Source of the DNA: Deltaproteobacteria bacterium
GTDB lineage: Bacteria > Desulfobacterota > GWC2-55-46 > UBA9637
DNA: 64,000 bases
Assembly: GCA_016219285.1 (NCBI GenBank)
Contig: JACRNJ010000010.1
Span: forward strand, 36,089 to 100,088
Direction of reading: 5' to 3'
The position numbers and the translations under genes were made by a program. Below are positions 27,001 through 35,564 of the stretch, one piece after another (within the stretch, counting starts at the first letter, position 1; the number at the start of each line of letters is the position of its first letter). The notes beneath the pieces are model-generated. The model had not been told where the DNA came from. It worked only from the letters and a program-made list of their open reading frames with translations, and ran no database searches.

Positions 27001-28630
27001 CAGTGATTTTGACGGATGGGGCGCTAGCCTGGGCAGCGAACTTTGGGCATTTATGCCCTACGATAACCTGCCGCATCTCAAATGGCAGACAAGCGCAAGC
27101 TATGCCCATGTCTACTATACAGACCTTAAGCCAAAGCCGACTGATGTGAGGATATTCTGCGATGCTACGAATACAGATACAGGCGCAAACTGCATTGACG
27201 GCCAGAGCGGTGTATCCCACCCGGGTGGATGGGGGACAATCCTTATCGTGGGTATGAAGTATGGCGGCGGCGCAATGAATGTTACTGCAGATTTTGATTA
27301 TAATGCAGGCACCTCTGATACAACAAGGACATTCAGGTCTGCCTATTATGCCCTTGATATAACAAATCCGGAAAAACCGCCGAGGCTTCTTTGGAGGTTT
27401 ACGGATGCCAACCTTGGTTTTACCACAAGCTACCCCGGAATAGCGCATATATGCAGCGGCGGCACATGCCCTGGCACAGGCACGGAAAAGTGGTTTATGG
27501 TGGTTGGCTCAGGTCCTGATAATAATGCGCCGGCCGGCACTCGGGGCTATGGCGGAACAAGCACGCAGAGGCCAAGTATGTATGTTGTAAACATCCTGAC
27601 AGGGGCAAAGACCTTTATATTTACCAATTTGGGCATAAACAACGGCGGAACACTTCTTGATGCAAATACCTTTATGGGCGACCCTACGATTGTGGACGGC
27701 GACCTTGATTTTACAACCGATGTTATCTATATGGGAAGCGTGATATCAACAACAGGCGGAAAGGTATTCAGGATAAACACCAATCAGAGCGCAGCGCCGG
27801 CTGACTGGGCGCTGTCAACCCTGTTTGACACCGGCAAGCCTGTCCTTGTCGCGCCGTCTGTTTCTAAAGACCGTTTCAACAATTTCTGGGTATTCTTCGG
27901 CACCGGCAGATTTATATCCACTGACGATAAGGTCAATTCTGACCCGCAAACCTTCTATGGTATAAAGGATGCGTGCTGGCAGAATAATACCGGAGCGACC
28001 CCATGCCCTGCTGCTGCAAACCCGTATTTACTCTCCTCGCTATTTAACAGCAGCGCTATAGCGGTGTGCACATCCGGGGCAGATGTTAACGCCGGTAAGA
28101 TTTATGATTCAAGCACCGGCGCCTGCGGGTCAGGCACTGTTGCCTACAGTTCATATAGCTCACTTCTTACGGCAGTGCGGGCAGCCTCCGGCTGGTATTT
28201 AAACTTAAATAATCCCGCCACCCCAAGCGAAAGGGTTATATCCAGAGGGGTTGTAATTGGCGGAATCCTCCTGTTTACCTCTTTTACGCCAAACAACGAT
28301 ATCTGCACCATGCTTGGCGACAGCAAGCTGTATGCCCTTTACTATGAAACCGGAACTGCATACTATAAATCTGTCATAGGCGAGACAGGAAGCGGCGCAT
28401 TTGAGACCGTATTACGTTCAACTGACCTTGGCAAAGGTATGCCTACAACCGTTAGCGTTGCTGTTGGCAAGAAGAGCAAGGGGTATATCCAGACATCCAC
28501 AGGCGCTATTGTCGAGGTTGAAACAGCACCGGCTATCGGTGTAAAGAGCGGTCCTGCAGCCTGGAGAGAAAAACAAAGCGGCGGAGGAACCATTGAATTA
28601 GAGGAGATATATAGACACATAGTAAAGTAG
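24035..28630 (+). CDS. pilY1: PilY1/PilC-like type IV pilus tip-associated adhesin with N-terminal vWA domain
   Basis: 1531 aa. Signal peptide, MIDAS-like VLIVLDNSGSM, several Asp-rich Ca-binding-like loops (DSDGDGTVESNGQDD, DSDNDGAVDNGD, DTDGDGADSDFDG), C-terminal beta-propeller-like region. Follows fimT-pilV-pilW-pilX. Confidence 0.8.
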   Translation: MKVKGHKNIFKGVCLAIMFAWSQALAQTNSDYTSVPPFIGTAIQPNVLIVLDNSGSMCDQAYAGSYNASQFANGQYYGYFDGSKNYKYTNNNRWEETTDAMTTGTTANPIANGSFLNWATMRRVEVAKKLLIGGKANPRSWNGSVTVKLTGETACDDDWDFQKDHDTSAGGLIYPFAGNYRFKREGDDLEISPISGGSNTFYIYPNSDISVPSGWSEYPSGGTVTAWDKVDESSSDEDSTYIQNNNTTSPVILGYSYTQAEPAGAITVTVKVRAKKTDSDSTRKIRGALRIDGADYASNYVNLDDDYDAYSFAWTSNPATGAAWNWNEIKGTAASGNLQGFGVKADGNYTSKYPRVTQVYLDVSVTAPSGGPYNTIVDRGMINATGIIDNLSSDVRFGLAYYQPESANHGGKVDTHVDFSASSSMITSINNKVPSTSTPLAETLYEMTRYFRQDAPYYSNSPADYQTGINYDPYYFNYSDPGATDQYAPCAKSFILFLTDGESTRDTSIPGTSTSPPYSACSLTNIKACSGYGELPNPRFAGTPIGQTYSSDGRDYLIDVAYWARTSDARPGSCTATPTSWQQCLPGAQNITFYSVFMFGTDSTLLKDAAIYGGFEDMNGNNKPDCTTEPRECYRDSDGDGTVESNGQDDPITYFEGNDGYQLETSITNAIASILKRSASGTSVSILATSAEGEGALYQAYFYPEKIMSDATNRTWLGYCRGLFVDVDGNLRDDYTNGGAKDAALIYSQDRILRMRLDTSTNEVNTDLYVDADENGQPDGSPTTALIDDVAALWEAGEKLAMRDKGTRNIYTWIDSDNDGAVDNGDFGSPAGEAMLFASANASLLQPYLRALDSTEAVNIINFIRGSHISGYRNRCLPITGASAESGCSSGERVWTLGDIIYSTPTTVGPTKEQYDQIYGIASYTDFRKKYNNRRHIVYVGANDGMLHAFNAGIYIPGDRAGTSAIEHGRFLENPSNSDGIDTDGDGADSDFDGWGASLGSELWAFMPYDNLPHLKWQTSASYAHVYYTDLKPKPTDVRIFCDATNTDTGANCIDGQSGVSHPGGWGTILIVGMKYGGGAMNVTADFDYNAGTSDTTRTFRSAYYALDITNPEKPPRLLWRFTDANLGFTTSYPGIAHICSGGTCPGTGTEKWFMVVGSGPDNNAPAGTRGYGGTSTQRPSMYVVNILTGAKTFIFTNLGINNGGTLLDANTFMGDPTIVDGDLDFTTDVIYMGSVISTTGGKVFRINTNQSAAPADWALSTLFDTGKPVLVAPSVSKDRFNNFWVFFGTGRFISTDDKVNSDPQTFYGIKDACWQNNTGATPCPAAANPYLLSSLFNSSAIAVCTSGADVNAGKIYDSSTGACGSGTVAYSSYSSLLTAVRAASGWYLNLNNPATPSERVISRGVVIGGILLFTSFTPNNDICTMLGDSKLYALYYETGTAYYKSVIGETGSGAFETVLRSTDLGKGMPTTVSVAVGKKSKGYIQTSTGAIVEVETAPAIGVKSGPAAWREKQSGGGTIELEEIYRHIVK

Positions 28631-28653
28631 AGGAGGGAGGAAGATGGGGAGGA

Positions 28654-28678
28654 CTGGGTCAGGGGTCAGACTTACTTA
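28654..28678 (-). repeat. Inverted copy of the 26-nt RAYT-flanking repeat
   Basis: ctgggtcaggggtcagacttactta is the reverse complement (23 of 25) of the unit repeated at 29652-29729. Confidence 0.8.
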
Positions 28679-28713
28679 TTGACAATATTATTGTCTTTTG
28701 TTACTTTGCTCTT

Positions 28714-29658
28714 ATGGCAAGGAAACCAAGGATAGAATTTAATGGGGCGTTCTATCATGTCATTACTCGCGGCAACCAACAGCAAAAGACATTCAAAGAA
28801 CGGAATGACTTTCAAAAATACATGGAAATCTTGTCAAGCTATAAACAAAAATACAACTTTCTTGTTTACGCCTATATTCTTATGAGCAACCATGTGCATT
28901 TGCTAATAGAAACCGCGCAAACGCCGCTATCCAAGATACTTCAAGGAATAAACCAAAGCTACACCATGTATTTTAACAGGAAATACAAAACATCAGGGCA
29001 TCTTTTTCAGGGAAGATATAAAGCAATCCTGTGTGATAGAGATGAATACCTGTTGGTACTGATAAAATATATCCATCACAATCCTGTAAGGGCGAAAATA
29101 GTGGAGAGGCCTGACGAATATGAGTGGAGCAGTTACCGGCATTATGTCCAAAGACAAGAACAGGCAGGCATCGTAGATACAGACCATGTTCTCAGGATGT
29201 TTTCAGAGGATAAAACAACAGCCAGAAAGCTTTTTAGGGCGTATATATCTGAAAGGGCAGGCATGGGCGGAGATGAGATATACCGGACTGTTGACCAGCG
29301 TATATTGGGCGATGAAGAATTCATAGAAAAGGTGAAAGAAAAAAGCAATGGCAATATAAATAGTGGTAAAAGACCCTGGCAATACAGCCTGAATACTATC
29401 ATGGGGGTGATAGAGATAGCATACGGGGTTTCATTGAAAGAAATCCGCAGTTCGGGCAAGGATAGAGCCTTGACAAAAGCGAAAACAGTTTTAAGCCTGG
29501 TTGCCGGAGAATACGGATATAAAAACAAGGAGATAGCGGATTTTATACAAAAAGACCCTGTAGTTATAACAAGACATTTAAAGGAAAGGGCTAATTTACA
29601 GAAAGATATGGAGAAGGTTATGGGGCTATTGAATGGAAAACTAATTGTCAATAAGTAA
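28714..29658 (+). CDS. REP-associated tyrosine transposase (RAYT; IS200-like Y1/HUH transposase) with DnaA-C-like HTH tail
   Basis: 314 aa. FYHVITRGN, HUH motif SNHVHLLI, catalytic Tyr region YIHHNPVRA. The C-terminal SSGKDRALTKAKTVLSLVAGEYGYKNKEIADFI..DPVVITRHL resembles DnaA domain IV. Confidence 0.85.
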   Translation: MARKPRIEFNGAFYHVITRGNQQQKTFKERNDFQKYMEILSSYKQKYNFLVYAYILMSNHVHLLIETAQTPLSKILQGINQSYTMYFNRKYKTSGHLFQGRYKAILCDRDEYLLVLIKYIHHNPVRAKIVERPDEYEWSSYRHYVQRQEQAGIVDTDHVLRMFSEDKTTARKLFRAYISERAGMGGDEIYRTVDQRILGDEEFIEKVKEKSNGNINSGKRPWQYSLNTIMGVIEIAYGVSLKEIRSSGKDRALTKAKTVLSLVAGEYGYKNKEIADFIQKDPVVITRHLKERANLQKDMEKVMGLLNGKLIVNK

Positions 29659-29729
29659 GTCTGACCCCTGCCCCACCTAAGTAAGTCTGACCCCTGCCCC
29701 ACCTAAGTAAGTCTGACCCCTGCCCCACC
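29652..29729 (+). repeat. Tandem 26-nt repeat x3 (taagtaagtctgacccctgccccacc)
   Basis: Three perfect head-to-tail copies. The first overlaps the RAYT stop codon. Confidence 0.95.
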
Positions 29730-29869
29730 TTGGGGTTCTTTACAGCCGTAAGGGGTTTATGGATAAGGCAATTAATGCATTCTCTGAGGCATTACGGATT
29801 AAACCTTACGACACTGAGGCTCAGGAAGGTTTGAAAAAGGCATTGTATTTCAAACAGATCCAGAGGTAG
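29729..29869 (+). pseudogene. 3' remnant of a TPR-protein gene (TMTC-like paralogue?)
   Basis: Open frame LGVLYSRKGFMDKAINAFSEALRIKPYDTEAQEGLKKALYFKQIQR* with no 5' part. Resembles the C-terminus of the next gene (YARKGLFEEAIKNYANALKIAPDD). Confidence 0.55.
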
Positions 29870-29884
29870 GGGACATATAAACTT

Positions 29885-31552
29885 TTGTTGAGTATCAAAA
29901 AGCTATTTAAGATGAGACAATTTTACAACTCAAAATCCATCGCCATAATCATTATCCTGGTAGTCTCTTTCGGGGTGTATGCCAACACCCTTTTGAATGG
30001 ATTTGTGTTCGATGACACTGACCAGGTTCTGAAAAATAGGTGGATTACCGGTATTCGCCACATACCCGATATATTTTTATCATCAGTATGGTCTTTTTCA
30101 GACGACAGTTCCAAGTTTAATTATTACCGGCCAATTATGCATTTAATATATATGGCTGAATATCATGTCTTTGGTCTAAAACCATGGGGATGGCATCTGG
30201 TCAATATTATCTTTCATAGCATGAACAGTGTTATGGTATTCCTGATTGCATCTATATTCATCAATACGGCAGGGGCTAGAGGCAAAGAACAAGAGGCAAG
30301 TGTAAACCCTCACACATCACATATCTCTCATCTCACATCTCCAACCATCGGCAATCAGTTGCCTGCCATTATGGCTGCCATAATCTTTGCCACCCATCCT
30401 ATAAATACCGAGGCGGTAGCATGGGTAGCATGCATACCAGAACTTTCATTCACCCTATTTTATATGCTTTCATTTTATTTTTATGTAAAATTGAACAATC
30501 GCAACGATGATAAAAAAACAGCAAAAATAGGTTATTATCTTTTGTCTATTGCAGCTTTTTTCCCAGCCATCCTTTCAAAGGAAACAGGCCTGACCTTGTT
30601 GTTGTTTATAGTTATTTATGATTATTCAAGAATGGGAAAAACCTTTATCAGGAATTGGAGGCAATATCTTCCCTATATCACAGCAATCATAATATATGTT
30701 GCTGTAAAAATATACATGCCGAAAGGTACAATGACAGCAGAATCTGCATCTTTTCCTCTAACTCCATATCAGTGGTTTATCAATATACCTCCAATTTTCA
30801 TACAGTATATGAGCAAACTCCTGTTTCCTGTGAACCTTACTGCCCTCTATGTCTGGCAAACCTCTTTCTCTATTACTGAACCAAAGGCCTTTGCCTCATT
30901 TTTGGCGGTAATCGTTATTGGTTTCCTGCTGTTCATTTTTAGAAAGAATCAGACCGTATGTATCTCATTTGGATTGATATTAATGCCACTTCTTCCTGTC
31001 CTTTATTTGCCAGGTTTGACAACAGCTTTTGCCGAAAGGTATCTATATCTGCCTTCCGCAGGATTCGCCATGCTTTTTTCTTACATGCTGCAAAAGTTGT
31101 GGTATGCCTATAAACCATTTAACATTTTAGCCGTTTTCATATCATTAGCAGCAATAGTATTCTATACAACAGCAACAATAAAGAGAAACCCGGTATGGCA
31201 TGATGAATATATATTGTGGTCGGATACAGCAACAAAATCGCCGTACAGTCCGATGGCTCACTACAATCTTGGACTCATATATTATGATAAAGGGCTTGTA
31301 GATGAAGCTATAGCTTCATACAAGAAGGCATTAGACCTCTTCACCAGACCATCGGACCGTAAGGATGCCTTTACTAACATTGGGAATACATATGCCAGAA
31401 AGGGTCTTTTTGAAGAAGCCATAAAGAACTATGCGAATGCACTGAAGATTGCCCCGGATGATGCTGATATCCTTCACAACTTAAAGATTGCCAGAAGGAT
31501 GCTAGAACAAAGGAGACATCAGAAATTACCCAAAGGAGAGCAAGAACAATAG
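29885..31552 (+). CDS. TMTC-like GT-C fold membrane protein with DUF1736-type motif and C-terminal TPRs
   Basis: Multi-TM N-terminal region, FAERYLYLPSAGF motif, C-terminal TPR repeats. The start is possibly ATG 29912. Confidence 0.7.
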   Translation: MLSIKKLFKMRQFYNSKSIAIIIILVVSFGVYANTLLNGFVFDDTDQVLKNRWITGIRHIPDIFLSSVWSFSDDSSKFNYYRPIMHLIYMAEYHVFGLKPWGWHLVNIIFHSMNSVMVFLIASIFINTAGARGKEQEASVNPHTSHISHLTSPTIGNQLPAIMAAIIFATHPINTEAVAWVACIPELSFTLFYMLSFYFYVKLNNRNDDKKTAKIGYYLLSIAAFFPAILSKETGLTLLLFIVIYDYSRMGKTFIRNWRQYLPYITAIIIYVAVKIYMPKGTMTAESASFPLTPYQWFINIPPIFIQYMSKLLFPVNLTALYVWQTSFSITEPKAFASFLAVIVIGFLLFIFRKNQTVCISFGLILMPLLPVLYLPGLTTAFAERYLYLPSAGFAMLFSYMLQKLWYAYKPFNILAVFISLAAIVFYTTATIKRNPVWHDEYILWSDTATKSPYSPMAHYNLGLIYYDKGLVDEAIASYKKALDLFTRPSDRKDAFTNIGNTYARKGLFEEAIKNYANALKIAPDDADILHNLKIARRMLEQRRHQKLPKGEQEQ

Positions 31553-32286
31553 TGGGTCCTTATCTTTCCATAGTTATACCTGCCTATAATGAGGAAACAG
31601 TTATCGAGAATACTTTGAAAGAGGTAGTTAAATATCTTGAGGAAAAAAGTTTTTTCTACGAAGTAGTTGTTGTGTGCGACGGGTGCAAGGATAAAACTGC
31701 CATGTTGGCAGTGGAAATTGCAAAGAAGAACAATAAGGTAAGGGTTATTGACAGAAAGGCCAATATGGGAAAGGGGTTTTCTGTGAGGGAAGGGTGCCTT
31801 GAGGCAAGGGGCGATTATGTCATTTTTACCGATGCAGACCTTTCCACCCCTATACAAGAGATTGAAAAACTCCTTAAATGTTTACAGGAGGATTATGATA
31901 TTGCCATAGGCTCAAGGGCGCTCAAAGAATCTGATATACAAATCCATCAACCATGGTATAGAGAGACTATGGGAAAGACATTCAATCTCTTTGTGCAGAC
32001 CATTGCTATGAAAGGGATAAAAGACACGCAGTGCGGTTTTAAAGGTTTTAAAAAAGAGGTCATCCGAAAGGTTTTCCCAAGGCAGACTATCAATGGCTTT
32101 GGTTTTGATGTGGAAGTTCTCTACATTGCCGGAAAATTTGGATACAAGATAAAAGAGGTTCCTATCCACTGGCTGAACAGAAAAGAATCTAAGGTCAACC
32201 CCCTCACACATTCCTTGCAGATGATGACTGATCTAATCAGGATCAGGATATTGGACTGGAAGGGGGCTTATAAAAAAAGTGACTAA
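31552..32286 (+). CDS. GT2 polyprenyl-phosphate glycosyltransferase (Dpm1/GtrB/ALG5-like)
   Basis: GTG start overlapping the upstream stop. LSIVIPAYNEE, DxD-type FTDADLSTP. Size 244 aa. Confidence 0.75.
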   Translation: MGPYLSIVIPAYNEETVIENTLKEVVKYLEEKSFFYEVVVVCDGCKDKTAMLAVEIAKKNNKVRVIDRKANMGKGFSVREGCLEARGDYVIFTDADLSTPIQEIEKLLKCLQEDYDIAIGSRALKESDIQIHQPWYRETMGKTFNLFVQTIAMKGIKDTQCGFKGFKKEVIRKVFPRQTINGFGFDVEVLYIAGKFGYKIKEVPIHWLNRKESKVNPLTHSLQMMTDLIRIRILDWKGAYKKSD

Positions 32287-34075
32287 AAACAGCCTGCTGC
32301 GCGAAATTATATTTCCCACCTCCGTCATCATATTGCTGACTGCAATAGCCTATTCCAACACATTCTCCAATTCCTTTCATTTTGACGACAGGTATGCAAT
32401 CTTCGAAGACAGGGCAATCAGGGATATAGGAAATATCCCGTCCATGTTTAAAGATATGTTGAACAGACCTCTTCTCAGGATTACCTTTGCCCTTAACTAT
32501 CACTTTGGAGGCTTTGATGTCTTTGGTTATCACCTCGTCAATCTGTTGCTACATATAATTGCAGGCATAAGTGTATATTTCCTTGCAAAACTTTTATTTG
32601 AGCGAATGGGCGGTCATGGGAATTCCGTATCATTTGCGCTGCTTGCCGGTTTGATATTTGCCCTGCATCCCGTTCAAACCGGTTCTGTCACATATATAGC
32701 CAGCAGGTCTGCCGTGCTAGCCGCTATTTTCTATGTCCTTTCCGTTATTCTCTTTATATTAGGCAGTGAAAGAAATGGTAGCAAGATGGTATTTTTTCAT
32801 ATAGGGGCGTTTTTAAGTTTTCTTATGGCATTGGGGTCTAAGGAGACAGCTGCAACGGTTCCTTTTATAGTGCTAATGCTTCCTTTTTTTCTAATGACTG
32901 CAAAACACAGAAGAAATATCACGCTGCCCTTATTGTGGTTAATGGCGCTTCCAGTGTACGCGCTGATAAGATACCTTGTGTCACAGAACGTTGTTCCTGT
33001 AGACACAAGATTTAGCTACAGTGAAATACTTCCTCCGTATCAATACCTTCTGACAGAGGTAAATGTCGTAATATACTACTATCTTAAGTGGCTTTTCTTT
33101 CCTGTAAATGGACCGAATGCAGATCCAGACATACCAGCAGAGACATCATTTATTGACATATCTACAATAGCCGCATCTCTTGTAATAGCATGTATTGTTT
33201 ATATGGCCATCCGTTTCAGGAGAGAGGTTACTGTTGTCTCATTTGGAATATTCTGGTATTTCATCACATTGATTCCAACCTCAAGCATCTTTCCAATTGC
33301 GGACGTTGCCGTAGAACGTCACCTGTATCTGCCGTCTATAGGCTTTGCATTTGTTTCGGCATATCTGCTTATGAAGATTAAGGAATTGCTCCCCTCAAAG
33401 ATATGGTTCCTCCCTTATATAATTCCCCTTATAATGATTGTTATAACCATACAGACAAACTCTGTATGGAAAAACGGGATCACCTTATGGGAGGATGCCG
33501 CAAGGAAATCTCCCAACAAGATAAGAGCGCTTGGCAACAGGGCGTTTGCCTATCTGGAAAGCGGCAATCTCAACATGGCGGAGATGCTTTATCATGATTT
33601 TTTAAAACGTTTCCCCAACGACCCGTTTGGATATAATAATACGGGCCTGATCCTTGAAAAAAAGGGGGATGTTTTGTCGGCAATAAAATACTACAGGGAG
33701 GCTGTTAATCTTAAGCCAAAATACTGGCGGTTTCATATGCACCTTGGAAATGCATACAGTCAAAACGGTTTCATGGTCGAGGCAGTAAGTGAGCTGCAAA
33801 TTGCTGTAAATCTTGAACCATTAAATCCTGAACCTATGATTATGCTTGCATCTCTACTGGCAAAACAGGGGGAAACAGACAGTGTCATTATTATTGCAAA
33901 TAAAGCGCTTTCCATAGAAAGTGAGAACGTAGAGGCATACTTGCTTCTTGGCATCTCATATGAAAAAAAAGGTATGAGGGAAGAGGCAATTAAATTTTAC
34001 AAAAAGGCGCTGGAGCTAAATCCAGGATGGAGGGAATCTTTGACCGAAAGAATAAAAACAATGACAGGCAATTAA
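32279..34075 (+). CDS. Second TMTC-like GT-C membrane protein with C-terminal TPRs
   Basis: Multi-TM region, VERHLYLPSIGF motif, about five C-terminal TPRs. Overlaps the GT2 gene by 8 nt. Confidence 0.7.
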   Translation: MTKNSLLREIIFPTSVIILLTAIAYSNTFSNSFHFDDRYAIFEDRAIRDIGNIPSMFKDMLNRPLLRITFALNYHFGGFDVFGYHLVNLLLHIIAGISVYFLAKLLFERMGGHGNSVSFALLAGLIFALHPVQTGSVTYIASRSAVLAAIFYVLSVILFILGSERNGSKMVFFHIGAFLSFLMALGSKETAATVPFIVLMLPFFLMTAKHRRNITLPLLWLMALPVYALIRYLVSQNVVPVDTRFSYSEILPPYQYLLTEVNVVIYYYLKWLFFPVNGPNADPDIPAETSFIDISTIAASLVIACIVYMAIRFRREVTVVSFGIFWYFITLIPTSSIFPIADVAVERHLYLPSIGFAFVSAYLLMKIKELLPSKIWFLPYIIPLIMIVITIQTNSVWKNGITLWEDAARKSPNKIRALGNRAFAYLESGNLNMAEMLYHDFLKRFPNDPFGYNNTGLILEKKGDVLSAIKYYREAVNLKPKYWRFHMHLGNAYSQNGFMVEAVSELQIAVNLEPLNPEPMIMLASLLAKQGETDSVIIIANKALSIESENVEAYLLLGISYEKKGMREEAIKFYKKALELNPGWRESLTERIKTMTGN

Positions 34076-34380
34076 TAAGAGCTTGTTGAAAAACCCGACA
34101 ACCTCGGATTACACAGATAAATAAGATTACACCGATTAAAATTCCTTGCCGAGTAGAATTCCCGCCATTTACAGGTTGGGTTCTTCAATTATTTTAGTGG
34201 TGGTTTTCCGCCACATATCGGTTTTCCCGCCGATTTCCTTATAAAATCAGACTCAAAACCATAGACTGAAAATATAAGAATTCTCCGACTATTTTCTGCA
34301 TCTACTTGATTTAATTAGTTCTTATATCTGCGGTCTGTAGTCTGGTACTATTTGGCACACTTGTTGCGAGCATAAAGGGT

Positions 34381-34977
34381 ATGACCCTTAGTGTGTTGAT
34401 ATATCTATCCCAAAGGTGTTTTAAGACGTTGGTGCTATGCATAATTCTATTTGCGGGCCTCTCGGTTGGGTTTACACCTGTTTTTGGCATGGATATAACA
34501 AAAGTACGGACAATTGCAGGCAAGCTGGAACAATTGACAGGCCAGAATATTAAAATTGTAGTAGAAAACTCCATTAAACCAGATGCATACCTTCACCCAA
34601 TGGGATATATAGTTATAACCAGTGGTCTGATGAGATTTTTTGAAGATGATGCGGAAATGGTTTTTATAATAGGCCATGAATGGGCGCATGTTATAAAAGG
34701 GCATTATAAAGACGAGCAAGATATCCTGGGTATTTCAAAGAATATATCCAACCCTGATAAATTAAAAGCAGATAAACTTAAAAAAGAGATGGATGCTGAT
34801 GCCTATGGGCTGGGTGTTATGAAGGCTCTTGGTTATGACTCTGCAGCCTCTCTTAAGGTGTTAGCCAAATTGCGTCAGGTAATGGGCCAAAATGGAATGG
34901 AGGGATATTCATCTATAGAAGAAAGGATGAATATCTTGAATGGACTGCTGAACTATAGTGGAGGACAAAATAAGTAG
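34381..34977 (+). CDS. Small HExxH metallopeptidase (M48-like)
   Basis: 198 aa, N-terminal hydrophobic segment, FIIGHEWAHVIKGHY zinc-binding motif. Confidence 0.6.
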   Translation: MTLSVLIYLSQRCFKTLVLCIILFAGLSVGFTPVFGMDITKVRTIAGKLEQLTGQNIKIVVENSIKPDAYLHPMGYIVITSGLMRFFEDDAEMVFIIGHEWAHVIKGHYKDEQDILGISKNISNPDKLKADKLKKEMDADAYGLGVMKALGYDSAASLKVLAKLRQVMGQNGMEGYSSIEERMNILNGLLNYSGGQNK

Positions 34978-34978
34978 A

Positions 34979-35055
34979 TGTGGTTTGCCCGACCCAACCT
35001 TCTGTTGGGCGCCCCATGGGCGTATTTTAAAATAGCCGATAAATCGGCAGACTAC
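34979..35055 (+). repeat. Three-module REPIN-like element (GTGG...CTAC)
   Basis: tgtggtttgcccgacccaaccttctgttgggcgccccatgggcg...gccgataaatcggcagactac. Starts right after the M48-like stop codon, which itself lies in a GTAG. Confidence 0.8.
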
Positions 35056-35135
35056 AAATTTATGTCGCCGACTATATTTTGAATTGAAGGCAATAGGGAA
35101 GGAGCCGTAGGGCGGCCCCTTCCCTATCCATTTGA

Positions 35136-35519
35136 TTAAAGATTAACTTTAACGCTGGTAATTGTATTCTCTGATTGGATAAGGGTTGTGTTGCTGCCTT
35201 TGGGCGTAATGCCATACGCTTCAAAAGCTGCATATTCATTTGCCAGATTGAACCCTTCAACTCTTTCCTTTTCCACACACTGCCCGGAGAGGCATACCGT
35301 CCATTTAACATTACTGTCAAGGGCGAAGTTTACTGCCTTTTTCTCCTGGCCGGCTAATCCAAGAACCTCAACATTCACTATTATGCTATTCTGCTGAGAA
35401 TCCATTGATAGCATTTGCCCTTTTATTTTTTTTGCGTCAGCAGCAAATGTTGTTGCAGCAGCAGCCAGCGCTATCGCAACAAATAAAAAAAGGCTTGTTA
35501 TTTTCTTGATTGTTTGCAT
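35136..35519 (-). CDS. Small secreted hypothetical protein
   Basis: 127 aa. Strong RBS (gaaaggagg) and signal peptide ending AATTFA-AD. Confidence 0.6.
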   Translation of the reverse strand: MQTIKKITSLFLFVAIALAAAATTFAADAKKIKGQMLSMDSQQNSIIVNVEVLGLAGQEKKAVNFALDSNVKWTVCLSGQCVEKERVEGFNLANEYAAFEAYGITPKGSNTTLIQSENTITSVKVNL

Positions 35520-35564
35520 TTGTATTCACCTCCTTTCAGGTTATTTAAAATTGTTTACATTGTA

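Noticed and set aside
29652-29729. Could the 26-nt x3 tandem repeat or the heptamer arrays be CRISPR arrays?
   Set aside because: The repeats are directly abutting with no spacers, the units are too short (7 nt) or too few (3), and no cas genes are present.
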